Below are positions 40,365-49,800 of a stretch of DNA of 64,000 nucleotides, in pieces. The position numbers and the translations under genes were made by a program. The DNA lies in the NCBI GenBank assembly GCA_963664815.2, contig CAXXHB010000003.1:2848001-2912000 (forward strand), given 5' to 3'. The stretch's first letter is position 1. Each line of letters opens with the position of its first letter. The notes under the pieces are model-generated. The model did not search any database. It was not told where the DNA came from and saw nothing but the letters and a program-made list of their open reading frames with translations. The stretch comes from Spirochaetota bacterium (GTDB taxonomy: Bacteria; Spirochaetota; UBA4802; UBA5550).

Positions 40365-42236
40365 CTACTTTACGTTCCCGCCTGTCCACCACATGAAATG
40401 CTTGAATGCATGATACATGCTGCTCGCCTTATACCTTGTCGTTTCATTCAATTCCTGGTATCCGCACATCCATACAGGAGCAGTCCTTTCAACGGATCCT
40501 GCAGATTTTTTAAACAGATACGCAATTACGAATGCTATGGCAAATACTGCAAGCAACATGGCCGGAACTGCTATTGAAGAAACACTTATGCCTGCGCCGG
40601 GCAGATTAATCTGCACGCCCATTGCCGACTCAACTATAGAATTGTTAACCTGCATCCCCCTGAATAAATTCGTGACAATAGAATGTCCTGAATTTTTAAA
40701 TATGCTGATTATTGTCTCGAAATACAGGAATGGGAGCAATCCCTGAATAATACAAAGAGCTGCCAGTATGAATTTCGGAAAAAGCATCAATACAGGAACT
40801 TCCTTCACTTCCTTTTTTGTATTCCACTCGTGTCCGGTTGATGTGAATGTCATTCCAAAAAATTTCACGTACGAAGCCAGTGTTATTGCGCTTGTCATCA
40901 GCGCTATTATTCCGAATATAACAAGAAATCCTACTTCAGTTCCACCCAGAATATCAGCAGAAATAATAGACCACTTGCTCATAAACCCGCTGAATGCAGG
41001 AATACCGGCTATAGAGAACGCTGCAATCCCGGCTATAACAGTTGTGGCAGGCATGAACTTGATAAGTCCACCCAGTTTATTCAAATCTTTTAAACCTGTT
41101 GCATACTGGACACTACCGGTTGAAAGGAACAGAAGACCTTTAAAAACCGTATGGTTAAGAGTATGATAAATCGCTCCTATCATAGCGATAGCAGCTAAAA
41201 CCTGCAGGAACGGATTAGGGCAGCTCAGCATAAAAAGTGCGCTTCCTATTCCAAGCACTATATAACCCATCTGACCGATTGAATGGTAAGCATGAAGTCT
41301 CTTTGCATCATGCTGTTTTAAAGCCTGTGTAGTTCCTATGAAAAGTGAAACAACACCGAATGTCGCAACAAGTGCTCCCCAGAATTTTCCGTTAAATACA
41401 AAACCGTTTCCTTCCGGAACAATCCAGAAAAGGGTTCTGATAATTCCATAGACACCTGTCTTAATCATAACGCCTGAAAGCAACGCACTTATAGGTGACG
41501 GCGCAACAGAGTGGGCATCCGGAAGCCAGAGTTGCCCGAATGGGAACACACCAGACTTTAATCCGAAACCGACAAGCAGCAATCCATATACCACATATAC
41601 ATGAGCTCCTCTCACAACACTGAATTTTTCTGTAATATGACCAATTGAGTCTCCCATTGTCACGCCGGGTATAAGCATTGTTCCGCCAATTATTAAGAGC
41701 CATGCCAGTTCCATAAGTATAAGATACTTATTGGCGCTCCTTACAACGCCCTTTTCCCTTGATTCAAACCTTATCAGAAAGTATGATGCTATTGTCATAA
41801 GCTGCCATGCAATAGTGAAGCCGATTGAAAGGTCATCAACAGTAAGCAGGACAATCATACCCAGTACAAATATCGGGAGATTAAAATAAAACCCTCTCAG
41901 ACTGTAATCATGATAGTGTTCCATATATTCTATTGAATATAATGAACTTATCACAGCCATAAAGGATACAATGGCTACAAAGAATGCGGAAAAACTATCC
42001 ATAAGGAAATAAATCCCGAATGCCCCAAGAGTAATTATTTTTGACTCCTGCGGAGCAGCTTCAAAAATTACCGCATAACATGTATACAGGAGAAGAATAG
42101 CAGCAGTCGCAACCAGTGCGAAATTTATCCAGCCGGCAAGCTTCCTTTTTGTTCCCGCTACTATGGGGGAAACAACTGCTGAAGCTAAAAGTATAGCCAT
42201 GGCCGTCATTAAGTTTCCGTAAATATCGATATTCAT
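40365..42236 (-). CDS. hyfB: Antiporter-like membrane subunit (HyfB/HycC, NuoL/M family)
   Basis: GLKSGVFPFGQLWLPDAHSVAPSPISALLSG, KRLHAYHSIGQMGY, NHTVFKGLLF and AGIPAFSGFMSKW. Confidence 0.85.
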   Translation of the reverse strand: MNIDIYGNLMTAMAILLASAVVSPIVAGTKRKLAGWINFALVATAAILLLYTCYAVIFEAAPQESKIITLGAFGIYFLMDSFSAFFVAIVSFMAVISSLYSIEYMEHYHDYSLRGFYFNLPIFVLGMIVLLTVDDLSIGFTIAWQLMTIASYFLIRFESREKGVVRSANKYLILMELAWLLIIGGTMLIPGVTMGDSIGHITEKFSVVRGAHVYVVYGLLLVGFGLKSGVFPFGQLWLPDAHSVAPSPISALLSGVMIKTGVYGIIRTLFWIVPEGNGFVFNGKFWGALVATFGVVSLFIGTTQALKQHDAKRLHAYHSIGQMGYIVLGIGSALFMLSCPNPFLQVLAAIAMIGAIYHTLNHTVFKGLLFLSTGSVQYATGLKDLNKLGGLIKFMPATTVIAGIAAFSIAGIPAFSGFMSKWSIISADILGGTEVGFLVIFGIIALMTSAITLASYVKFFGMTFTSTGHEWNTKKEVKEVPVLMLFPKFILAALCIIQGLLPFLYFETIISIFKNSGHSIVTNLFRGMQVNNSIVESAMGVQINLPGAGISVSSIAVPAMLLAVFAIAFVIAYLFKKSAGSVERTAPVWMCGYQELNETTRYKASSMYHAFKHFMWWTGGNVK

Positions 42237-42730
42237 TTACAAACTCCTTTGTTACAATTTAAAGCATCTGTTATTATCTGAATCAGGACATCGGCACTCT
42301 CCCTTACTGCCGGAGAAAGCTCAGCCCCGAAATCTATATTATCAACCACAACTCCGAGCAGATAAGTCTCTTTATTATGCTCGTTAAATATTTTGCCTGA
42401 CATCTTCAGAGCGAGTTTATGAGTTGAAAGTGTCCCCGAAAGTTCCTCAAACTCATCATCAAGCTTGCCGAAAAGAATAGAGCCTGTTTCCGCATCAGCC
42501 TTAACTGCATCAATAACCACAATGCTTTTACAGGGAAGCTCTGCAAGTTTATAAACATACGCTTCAATAACATCCTCGACGTTAAAAATCATATGCCCGT
42601 TACCAGCAGCCCTTCTTACAGACTCGATGATAAAGAGACCAACAGCGTCATCGCTTTTAAGGAGATTCCCCATACCAACGATACAGCAGTTGTCACTTAC
42701 CACATTTTTTATTTCCGACAGAAGATTCAT
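42233..42730 (-). CDS. hycI: Hydrogenase maturation endopeptidase (HycI-like)
   Basis: IVGMGNLLKSDDAVG, VIDAV and LSTHKL. Confidence 0.85.
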   Translation of the reverse strand: MNLLSEIKNVVSDNCCIVGMGNLLKSDDAVGLFIIESVRRAAGNGHMIFNVEDVIEAYVYKLAELPCKSIVVIDAVKADAETGSILFGKLDDEFEELSGTLSTHKLALKMSGKIFNEHNKETYLLGVVVDNIDFGAELSPAVRESADVLIQIITDALNCNKGVCK

Positions 42731-42732
42731 AT

Positions 42733-43572
42733 TTATATCACTTCCCCAAGTGTTTTTATCTGTTTATATGTATAAACGGGACCATCGGTACAAACAAGAG
42801 TTCTCCCTATGGCGCAATGCTGGCACTTTCCAATACCGCATTTCATATGCCTTTCAAGAGTTGAGAGAATACAATCATCCTTAAGGCCTCTTTTCATCAG
42901 CTCACCGATTACAGAATTGAACATCACCGGAGGACCACATACAAATGCTACAGTGTTCTCCACAGGTACTTTCGCTTTTTCTATAAGATTATGAACATAC
43001 CCTGTCTCTCCAGTCCATCCAGCTTCTGCCTGGTCAACCGTTACATAACATTCAAAACCGGGAATTTTAAGCCATTCTTCTATATTATACTGATACATCA
43101 GATCTTTAGGAGTTCTCGCTCCGAGGAGAACTATTATTCTTCCGAAATCATCTCTGTGTTTGAGAGCGTGTAAAATCGATGACCTCAGCGGAATCAGACC
43201 GATACCACCAGCTACATATATAAGGTTCTTTCCTTTTAGTTCCGTAAAAGGAAAACCATTACCAAAAGGTCCCCTGATCCCTACTTTATCTCCCGGCTGA
43301 AGTTCAAACAGTGCTCCGGTTACCTTTCCGACTTTTTTAATCGAAAGGTGAAACCTGTCCCCTTCAGGGCATGTTGGCAGAGAAAAAGCCGCTTCACCTG
43401 ATCCGAAAATACTCAGCATAACTATCTGACCCGATTTCCATTTGAAATTCTTCTCAATTTCAGGATTATCAAATTTGATATAGAACGTTCTTACATCCTG
43501 AATCTCATCCTTAATTTCCTCGATGGTTGCTATTTCCGGTATTGTTACTATTTTATTATCCATTTCGCTCAT
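42733..43572 (-). CDS. FAD/NAD(P)-binding [2Fe-2S] oxidoreductase (AsrB/HydG/FlxA-like)
   Basis: RGPFGNGF, VAGGIGLIPLRS, VCGPPVM and ERHMKCGIGKCQHC...CTDGPV. Confidence 0.9.
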   Translation of the reverse strand: MSEMDNKIVTIPEIATIEEIKDEIQDVRTFYIKFDNPEIEKNFKWKSGQIVMLSIFGSGEAAFSLPTCPEGDRFHLSIKKVGKVTGALFELQPGDKVGIRGPFGNGFPFTELKGKNLIYVAGGIGLIPLRSSILHALKHRDDFGRIIVLLGARTPKDLMYQYNIEEWLKIPGFECYVTVDQAEAGWTGETGYVHNLIEKAKVPVENTVAFVCGPPVMFNSVIGELMKRGLKDDCILSTLERHMKCGIGKCQHCAIGRTLVCTDGPVYTYKQIKTLGEVI

Positions 43573-43581
43573 GGCTATCAC

Positions 43582-44637
43582 CTACTCTATAATTTCCCGT
43601 CTGATGTATGTAACAACATTCGGCAGACCTATATCGCCGGGGCATACCCACTGGCATCTTCCGCATCCTACACATCCCGGCCTCATATACTTCTTTGACT
43701 GTGAATATGAAAGCTTGCAGAAAAATCTCTTGTTTCTTCTGTCTTCAACGGGATGCCGGGGATTATGGTCACCAGCCATTTTTGTATATCCTTCGAACGA
43801 GCAGGAGTCCCACGTCCTCAACCTGTCAGTTGAACCATTGAAATTATTATGGTCTTCAATATTGAAACATGAACAGGTTGGGCATACGAATGTACATGCA
43901 CCACATTCAAAACACTGTTTACCTATATACTCCCAGACTTCCTCTTTAATAAAACCAGTTGTAACCCTGTTCATAACACGTGATATCCACGCTTTGTTAT
44001 CTGTCGCAACCAGTTCAAAAAGCGATATGGATTTATCAACTGCTTTGCCTTTAGCGTCAGAGTGTTCATTCCCCGCTTTTTTAAGCCCCATTTTTTCAGC
44101 GAACGCACGCCCTTTTTCACTGCCAGCCTCAACAAGATAAACATCGCCAAGATCAGTAAGGTTGAGATCATACCCCTCTTCAGCTGACGGGCCGCTGTCA
44201 GTACATACACAAAAGCACTGTTTGAATGGGACAGTACATGTATTTGTTACAATAAACATTCTCTTTCTATGTTCGAGGTAAACTTCATCAACAAATTCCT
44301 GTCCCATAAAAAATCTATCAAGGACTATTATACCTGAAAGATCACATGGACGAAGTCCGAACAATGCTTTGCTCGAAGTATCAAAATCAGGAATCATATC
44401 AACTTTTTTTGCGCCCCTATCATACTTATACTCAAGTATCCTTTCAATCTGGGGAAACACCACATTTTTAGGGGGTATAGAAGGTATTTCGGCCGAAAGG
44501 CTAATCTCAGACGCATCTGCGACCTTATTAAAAAAGACCTGCTTAGAGTCCTTATCCACTATCGGGCCGTAAAGAGAATAGCTCTTTGCAAGCTCTTCGG
44601 CCAGCTTCATTACATTACTTTTTTCTATCAAATACAT
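43582..44637 (-). CDS. Fe-S protein (AsrA/HydB/FlxB-like)
   Basis: FGLRPCD, C...CFC, CFECGACTFVCPTCSC, WDSC and GCVGCGRCQWVCP. Confidence 0.9.
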   Translation of the reverse strand: MYLIEKSNVMKLAEELAKSYSLYGPIVDKDSKQVFFNKVADASEISLSAEIPSIPPKNVVFPQIERILEYKYDRGAKKVDMIPDFDTSSKALFGLRPCDLSGIIVLDRFFMGQEFVDEVYLEHRKRMFIVTNTCTVPFKQCFCVCTDSGPSAEEGYDLNLTDLGDVYLVEAGSEKGRAFAEKMGLKKAGNEHSDAKGKAVDKSISLFELVATDNKAWISRVMNRVTTGFIKEEVWEYIGKQCFECGACTFVCPTCSCFNIEDHNNFNGSTDRLRTWDSCSFEGYTKMAGDHNPRHPVEDRRNKRFFCKLSYSQSKKYMRPGCVGCGRCQWVCPGDIGLPNVVTYIRREIIE

Positions 44638-44639
44638 AA

Positions 44640-46640
44640 TTATATCCTCTCTATCCTGATTGGAATAATTGCGTCTTCTCCCTTATCAAAATCTTTATTA
44701 TGCTCAAGAAGGAATGAGGAGATCATCTCTCTTATAAAGTAAGGTACATATGCAGTTCCGGCCTTCACATCTTCAGATATTTTAACCGTGACATTCATTG
44801 ATCCGTGAGAAGAGGCTATTTTAACATTCCAATGTTCTCTCACCTGAAGCTTTGCCGCATCTTCTTTGCAGATTTCTATATATCCCATGGGATATACAAG
44901 AAGAGTTGCGTTATATTCCCTTTTAGGAATATAGGTTTTCTTCATCACATTATTCTGATGCCAGAAATGCTGCCCCTGTCCGGTGATGAGAAGTATCGGA
45001 TAATCTCCACCCGCTGCAGGAACTGCATAATTTCCTGTTACCGGAGCGAATTTAAATTTTTTACCACCAGCTGCCGCATCCAGTCTTTTGCATCCCTGCG
45101 GATACTTGTCATTGCATGGCCACTGCAACCCCAGTGATTTTTCAATTTTATCATAGGTCATGCCTGAATATGATGGTGTGAGTGAAGTTATTTCTTTAAA
45201 TACATCTTCAGCTGATGAGTATTTCCATGAAAGCGAAGCCTTAGCTGCAATCATCGGGAAAAGCTGCCATCCTGTCAGTACCTTCTGAAAAGGTTCAACT
45301 CTCTTTCGTGAAAGCTGCACTCTTCTTTCAGTATTAGTATAAGTTCCATCATCCTCAATAATACCGGCAACAGGTATAACTACATCGGCATATTTAACAA
45401 AAGGATTTTCGAATGTCCCGATATAAGCTACAAATTCCAGTGCTTCAATCTCTTTCGAGTATTTAACAATACCTTCGTCGTGGTCAGCCACAACAAGACA
45501 TTTTAGTTTTGAATTTCTGTCTGCCAGCAGCTTATAAACATCATTGCCGGCTTCTTTATTTAGCTTTACACCCCAGTTTTTTTCAAACTTCGCAACAGCA
45601 TCTGCATCGGAAAGTTTCTGAAAACCGGTAAGGATATCAGGAGCGGTTCCCATATCATATCCACCCTGAATGTTGCATATACCGGTTATTGGATTTGCAC
45701 CACAGTTTTCTTTCCCCATTTTTCCGGCAACAAGCAGAAGGTCATATATGTAGCTTACTGTGTCCTGATCAAGACCCGAAATTCCGGTGGACCAGAATGC
45801 CATTACTGACTTAGCTTTGCATATCTCTCCTGCAGTTTTTACTATCACATCGGATTCTATCCCCGTGAGAGAAGAAACATTATTCATATCAAGGTTACTT
45901 ACAGCAGTGGAAAATGCGTCAAATCCCTCTGCCGATTTATCCGCTAGCCCTTCAGCAATAATTGCCTTTGCCAGTGCTGCAAGAATGACTTTTTTTGATC
46001 CGGGCCTTATCTGCAGATGTATATTGCTGAGCTTCGCGATCTGAGAAGAAATGCTGCTGATAGTCACTACTTTTGTACCAGACATCTGGGCCTTATGGAT
46101 CTCACTTCCGATAATAGGATTCATTTTCGTAATATCAGACCCTACAACAAGTATAAATTCCGTCTTTGAAATATCCTCCAGGGATCCTGTCATCCCGGGA
46201 AATCCGGCACCGTCGTTCAGCACATTTATGCTGCCCCTGTGGCCCGATTCTGAATCAAGTGTAATATTATTTGTTTTAAATACACTCTTTGCCAGTTTTG
46301 AGAACAGATAATTATTTTCATTAGATGATCTTGGCGAAGCAAGAAATGCTATCTCTTCTGTAGATTTAGCACTGTACTTTGACATCTTTTCCATCATGAA
46401 ATTAATCGCTTCCTCGTAGCTGACATTTTTAAAATTGCCGTCTACTTTTATCATGGGTGAACTTATTCTCTGATCTGTCATAAGCAGTTCATGAAAATGC
46501 CATCCCCTGACACATAGCCTGCCTTTGCTTACCGGGTGGTTTCTTGACGAATAAACTCCGCAAACTTTACCATCTTTAATGTTGAGGTAGTTGCCGCATC
46601 CGGTTCCGCAGAAATTACATACTCCAGACTTATAATCCAT
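44640..46640 (-). CDS. FdhF-like molybdopterin-oxidoreductase-fold protein with non-canonical active site
   Basis: CNFCGTGC...LCVRG [4Fe-4S], SPRSSNE, TNN, DGTYTNTERRVQ and LQWPC. Gly replaces Cys/Sec and Thr replaces the catalytic Arg. Confidence 0.85.
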   Translation of the reverse strand: MDYKSGVCNFCGTGCGNYLNIKDGKVCGVYSSRNHPVSKGRLCVRGWHFHELLMTDQRISSPMIKVDGNFKNVSYEEAINFMMEKMSKYSAKSTEEIAFLASPRSSNENNYLFSKLAKSVFKTNNITLDSESGHRGSINVLNDGAGFPGMTGSLEDISKTEFILVVGSDITKMNPIIGSEIHKAQMSGTKVVTISSISSQIAKLSNIHLQIRPGSKKVILAALAKAIIAEGLADKSAEGFDAFSTAVSNLDMNNVSSLTGIESDVIVKTAGEICKAKSVMAFWSTGISGLDQDTVSYIYDLLLVAGKMGKENCGANPITGICNIQGGYDMGTAPDILTGFQKLSDADAVAKFEKNWGVKLNKEAGNDVYKLLADRNSKLKCLVVADHDEGIVKYSKEIEALEFVAYIGTFENPFVKYADVVIPVAGIIEDDGTYTNTERRVQLSRKRVEPFQKVLTGWQLFPMIAAKASLSWKYSSAEDVFKEITSLTPSYSGMTYDKIEKSLGLQWPCNDKYPQGCKRLDAAAGGKKFKFAPVTGNYAVPAAGGDYPILLITGQGQHFWHQNNVMKKTYIPKREYNATLLVYPMGYIEICKEDAAKLQVREHWNVKIASSHGSMNVTVKISEDVKAGTAYVPYFIREMISSFLLEHNKDFDKGEDAIIPIRIERI

Positions 46641-46833
46641 ATCCAACCTCTAAGCCAGTATTCTTAATTATCTACATGACATCATAATTACTTCTAATTG
46701 TAACTATATGCCATATACAATATCCAACCATTAGACCACTGATTTTCTTTGAATAACCGTTGCTGAAACTCATTTCCATTCCGGCCGTAGGAAATAATAT
46801 AGCTAAGCAGTTATACATTAAAAATTTTATTTG

Positions 46834-46904
46834 AATATAGACTTAAATAAAATGAAAGTCAATGGGGAGATAATCTTTTTAAGGAGTGGGGGAATTCCCC
46901 TACT
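46834..46904 (-). promoter_or_regulatory. Sigma70-like promoter of the hydrogenase operon with an upstream palindromic site
   Basis: Minus strand TTGACT-N17-TATATT (46862-46834); 20-bp palindrome AGTGGGGGAATTCCCCTACT with one mismatch (46885-46904). Confidence 0.65.
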
Positions 46905-46907
46905 TTT

Positions 46908-49796
46908 TTATGAGGTTTTTTCAAGAATATACTGAACGGCAAACTGAATTAATTCTGAAGATGAATCTATATTCAGCTTGCTCTTTATCTTTTCACGGTA
47001 ATTTTCTACTGTTTTCACACTGATACGAAGCTTATCTGCGATGTTTTTGTTTCCAAGACCATGGCCAATCAGCTGGAATACCTCAAACTCCCTGTCTGTC
47101 AGAGAGTCAACCAATACGGAATTTTCATCTCTGCGCGGGGATGAAAGCTTATCAAGCAGTTTTTCCTTGAGGCTGTCGCTCATGTACTGCCTGCCTTCAA
47201 GAACTATTCTCACTGCATTTATAATTATACCGGGATGTTCATTCTTCATAACAAATCCTCTGGCACCTGCACGAATTGCCCTTTCGGCATATAATGATTC
47301 ATCATATATTGATATTACAAGTATAGGAATCTCCGGATATCTCTCCCTGCAGGCTTTGATCAGGTCTATCCCGTTAGTGCCGCTTAAAGAAATATCAACT
47401 GTCAGTATGTCCGGTTTAACTCTCCCCAGAGCTTTTAGTGCATCATCTGCCGTGCCGGCTTCCCCGATAATAAAGAGATCCTTCTCCATTTCAATAATCT
47501 GCTTCAATCCATGTCGCACTATCGGATGGGCATCTACAAGAAATACACCCGATCTGGTTTTATCCGGATTCTTTTTAAGGAACCTGACCCTTTTTGTATT
47601 CTCTATCTTTAAAGGTTCACCTGTAATTCTTAAGCGGCATGACAGGCTTAACCCACCTCCGGGATTACCCTTTACTTCTACCGTTGCTCCAATAAGCCAT
47701 GATCTGTACCTTACAAGGCTCAGAAAAAGATTATTCCTGTCTTTATCTATTTTTTCAAAATCTTTCCCATCGTCCCTGATTTCAATAATATATACATTAT
47801 GATCTTTTGAGGCATTAATTAAAATATTCTCCGCTTCATTATTTTCAATTGAGTTGAGTATAGATTCTTTAATTATGTAATAAAGATTTGAATTTTCAAG
47901 CTTACCGTTTATAATAATTGATTCGTCCCACTTTACGAGTATATTGACGTTTGACGTTCCACGTACACTCTCTTTAAGGTTCTCTACTGCAGCGTGTAGA
48001 CCGCCCGGACTTATATCAACAGGGCTAAGCTCTTTTGCAATCTCCCTTGTTTTGCTTACAGCACGGTCCACAAGATCTATTATTTCATCGATCTCGGGAA
48101 TGGTATCCGGCACGGAATCTCCGAACTTCACTTTAAGCAGTTCAGCTTTAAATATTATACCGGCAAGATGCTGAGCCAGTCTGTCGTGAAGGTCCTGACC
48201 TATTTTAAGCCTTTCTGCAGCATTTGTTTCCATCACCACTTTTTCCAGACGTTTTCTTTCAGTTATATCTATTCCTACAAAGAAAATAAAATCGACATCT
48301 CCATCCATCCGTATAAGCGGTTTTCCATGCCATTCCACAAGTATTATATCACCATCTTTTGCAATTATCGGATATTCAGAAACGGTCGCTTTTTTTCTCT
48401 CAACCATGTTTTTAAAATCTTTTCTGATTATATCCCGGTCAGCCTGATTAAACAGAAGTTCAATATAATCTCTCCCGACAACCTCTCCAAGAGTGTAGTC
48501 AAGAGCGATCAGCATTGCCCGGTTCATGGTTAGTATGTTGCCGGACGAATCAAGCGCTATATAAAAAGAGGGATTAATATCTTCCAGGCTCTTGAGGAAA
48601 TCTTTCCCTTTCCGGATGGTTTCCTTAGCACGCAATTCAGCAGTAACATCCCTCTCTATAATTGAGGCTCCTATGATATTTCCGGTTGAATCGTATACAG
48701 GGGAGATATTCATTGAAAGATAAATCTGTTTCCCGATTGAGGTCATGCCGACTGTTTCATAATGATTGATCTTTCCACCCTGCTTTACTCTCTCAAGAAG
48801 GAGCGGAAAATAATCCGGCTGATACGGAGGTATCAGCAGAGAATACGAACACCCATTAATCTCATCGAAGGAATACCCGAAAATCCTTTCTGCACTGCTA
48901 TTCCAGCTTACAATCAGGCTGTCGAATGTAACTCCGATTATTGCGTCTTCTGAATCCTCCAGAAGCGATGAAAGCTTTTTACGCAGCTCATCTATATTCC
49001 TTTTCTCCATCACATCATGGAAAACACTGAGTATTGCATAATCATTGTTATATTCCACAAGCCTGCTGCTGACCTCGACAGGAACAATTTCACCTTCCGC
49101 GTTCCTTATTGAAGTTTCAATCCTTTTTCCATCCCTTGTCAGGTCGCTCATAATACTTGATGATATATCAGTAAGCGAATGATAGTTGAAAAGATTCAGA
49201 ACCGAGAAACCAACCACTTCCTCTTCTTTTAAACCAAGGTATTCAAGCCCGCTGAAATTAATCTCAAGCACTATTCCTTCAAGATCATGAATTACAACAA
49301 TATCAATAATGCTGTTGAACAGCAATTTGTAATTGTTTTCAGTTCTGTTCAGGGTTTGAGTTCTTTCTACAAGAATATTTTCCAGTTGCTGGTTTTTTTT
49401 ACGGAGTTTATCTTCGGATGTCTTAATCCGGAGCATTGCCTTCACCTGTGCGGCCAGTTCAATTTCATCAATTGGTTTTGTCAGAAACGCATCCGCACCG
49501 GATTCAAGCCCCTCCGCCCTTTTAGCAGAAGTAGTGTCCGAAGCCGTAAGTAAAATCAATGGTATCCCTTTGGTCTCCTCATCAGATTTGAGAAGCCTGC
49601 ATGCTTCAACACCATTAATTCCCGGCATTACATAATCAATTATAAGAAGGTCAGGCTTTTCACATTTTACATTCGATACGCATTCCATTGCAGATGTGAG
49701 TGTAACAATATCAGCATCCCTGAAAAATCTGTTTAACAGCGCTTTAAGCGTAATGAGGTTATCCCTGCTGTCATCTATAGCTAATATCTTGAACAT
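46908..49796 (-). CDS. Multidomain regulator REC-PAS-PAS-PAS-HisKA_3-(degenerate HATPase)-REC-LuxR HTH
   Basis: IDDS...IDYVMPG...TKP; three PAS blocks (ending HDV, RDVT, DITE); GQDLHD; VDISLSG; LTDREFEV...ISVKTVENYR. Confidence 0.9.
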   Translation of the reverse strand: MFKILAIDDSRDNLITLKALLNRFFRDADIVTLTSAMECVSNVKCEKPDLLIIDYVMPGINGVEACRLLKSDEETKGIPLILLTASDTTSAKRAEGLESGADAFLTKPIDEIELAAQVKAMLRIKTSEDKLRKKNQQLENILVERTQTLNRTENNYKLLFNSIIDIVVIHDLEGIVLEINFSGLEYLGLKEEEVVGFSVLNLFNYHSLTDISSSIMSDLTRDGKRIETSIRNAEGEIVPVEVSSRLVEYNNDYAILSVFHDVMEKRNIDELRKKLSSLLEDSEDAIIGVTFDSLIVSWNSSAERIFGYSFDEINGCSYSLLIPPYQPDYFPLLLERVKQGGKINHYETVGMTSIGKQIYLSMNISPVYDSTGNIIGASIIERDVTAELRAKETIRKGKDFLKSLEDINPSFYIALDSSGNILTMNRAMLIALDYTLGEVVGRDYIELLFNQADRDIIRKDFKNMVERKKATVSEYPIIAKDGDIILVEWHGKPLIRMDGDVDFIFFVGIDITERKRLEKVVMETNAAERLKIGQDLHDRLAQHLAGIIFKAELLKVKFGDSVPDTIPEIDEIIDLVDRAVSKTREIAKELSPVDISPGGLHAAVENLKESVRGTSNVNILVKWDESIIINGKLENSNLYYIIKESILNSIENNEAENILINASKDHNVYIIEIRDDGKDFEKIDKDRNNLFLSLVRYRSWLIGATVEVKGNPGGGLSLSCRLRITGEPLKIENTKRVRFLKKNPDKTRSGVFLVDAHPIVRHGLKQIIEMEKDLFIIGEAGTADDALKALGRVKPDILTVDISLSGTNGIDLIKACRERYPEIPILVISIYDESLYAERAIRAGARGFVMKNEHPGIIINAVRIVLEGRQYMSDSLKEKLLDKLSSPRRDENSVLVDSLTDREFEVFQLIGHGLGNKNIADKLRISVKTVENYREKIKSKLNIDSSSELIQFAVQYILEKTS

Positions 49797-49800
49797 TTTC

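Noticed and set aside
36652-42236. NADH:quinone oxidoreductase (nuo) or Ehr-type hydrogenase-like complex
   Set aside because: Both Ni-binding CxxC motifs and a maturation protease are present, and nuoA/J/K/E/F are absent.
42733-44637. Anaerobic sulfite reductase AsrABC or group 3b sulfhydrogenase
   Set aside because: No siroheme AsrC and no group 3b alpha/delta subunits are adjacent.
44640-46640. Selenocysteine formate dehydrogenase
   Set aside because: No in-frame TGA; the equivalent codon is GGC (Gly).
46672-46780. 35-codon ORF and a TGGCA sigma54-like site in the hydrogenase leader
   Set aside because: The ORF has no RBS, and the GG-N10-GC spacing is not met.
47041-47802. 253-aa plus-strand ORF and other long antisense ORFs in the track
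   Set aside because: They are shadow frames opposite well-supported genes and show no motifs.
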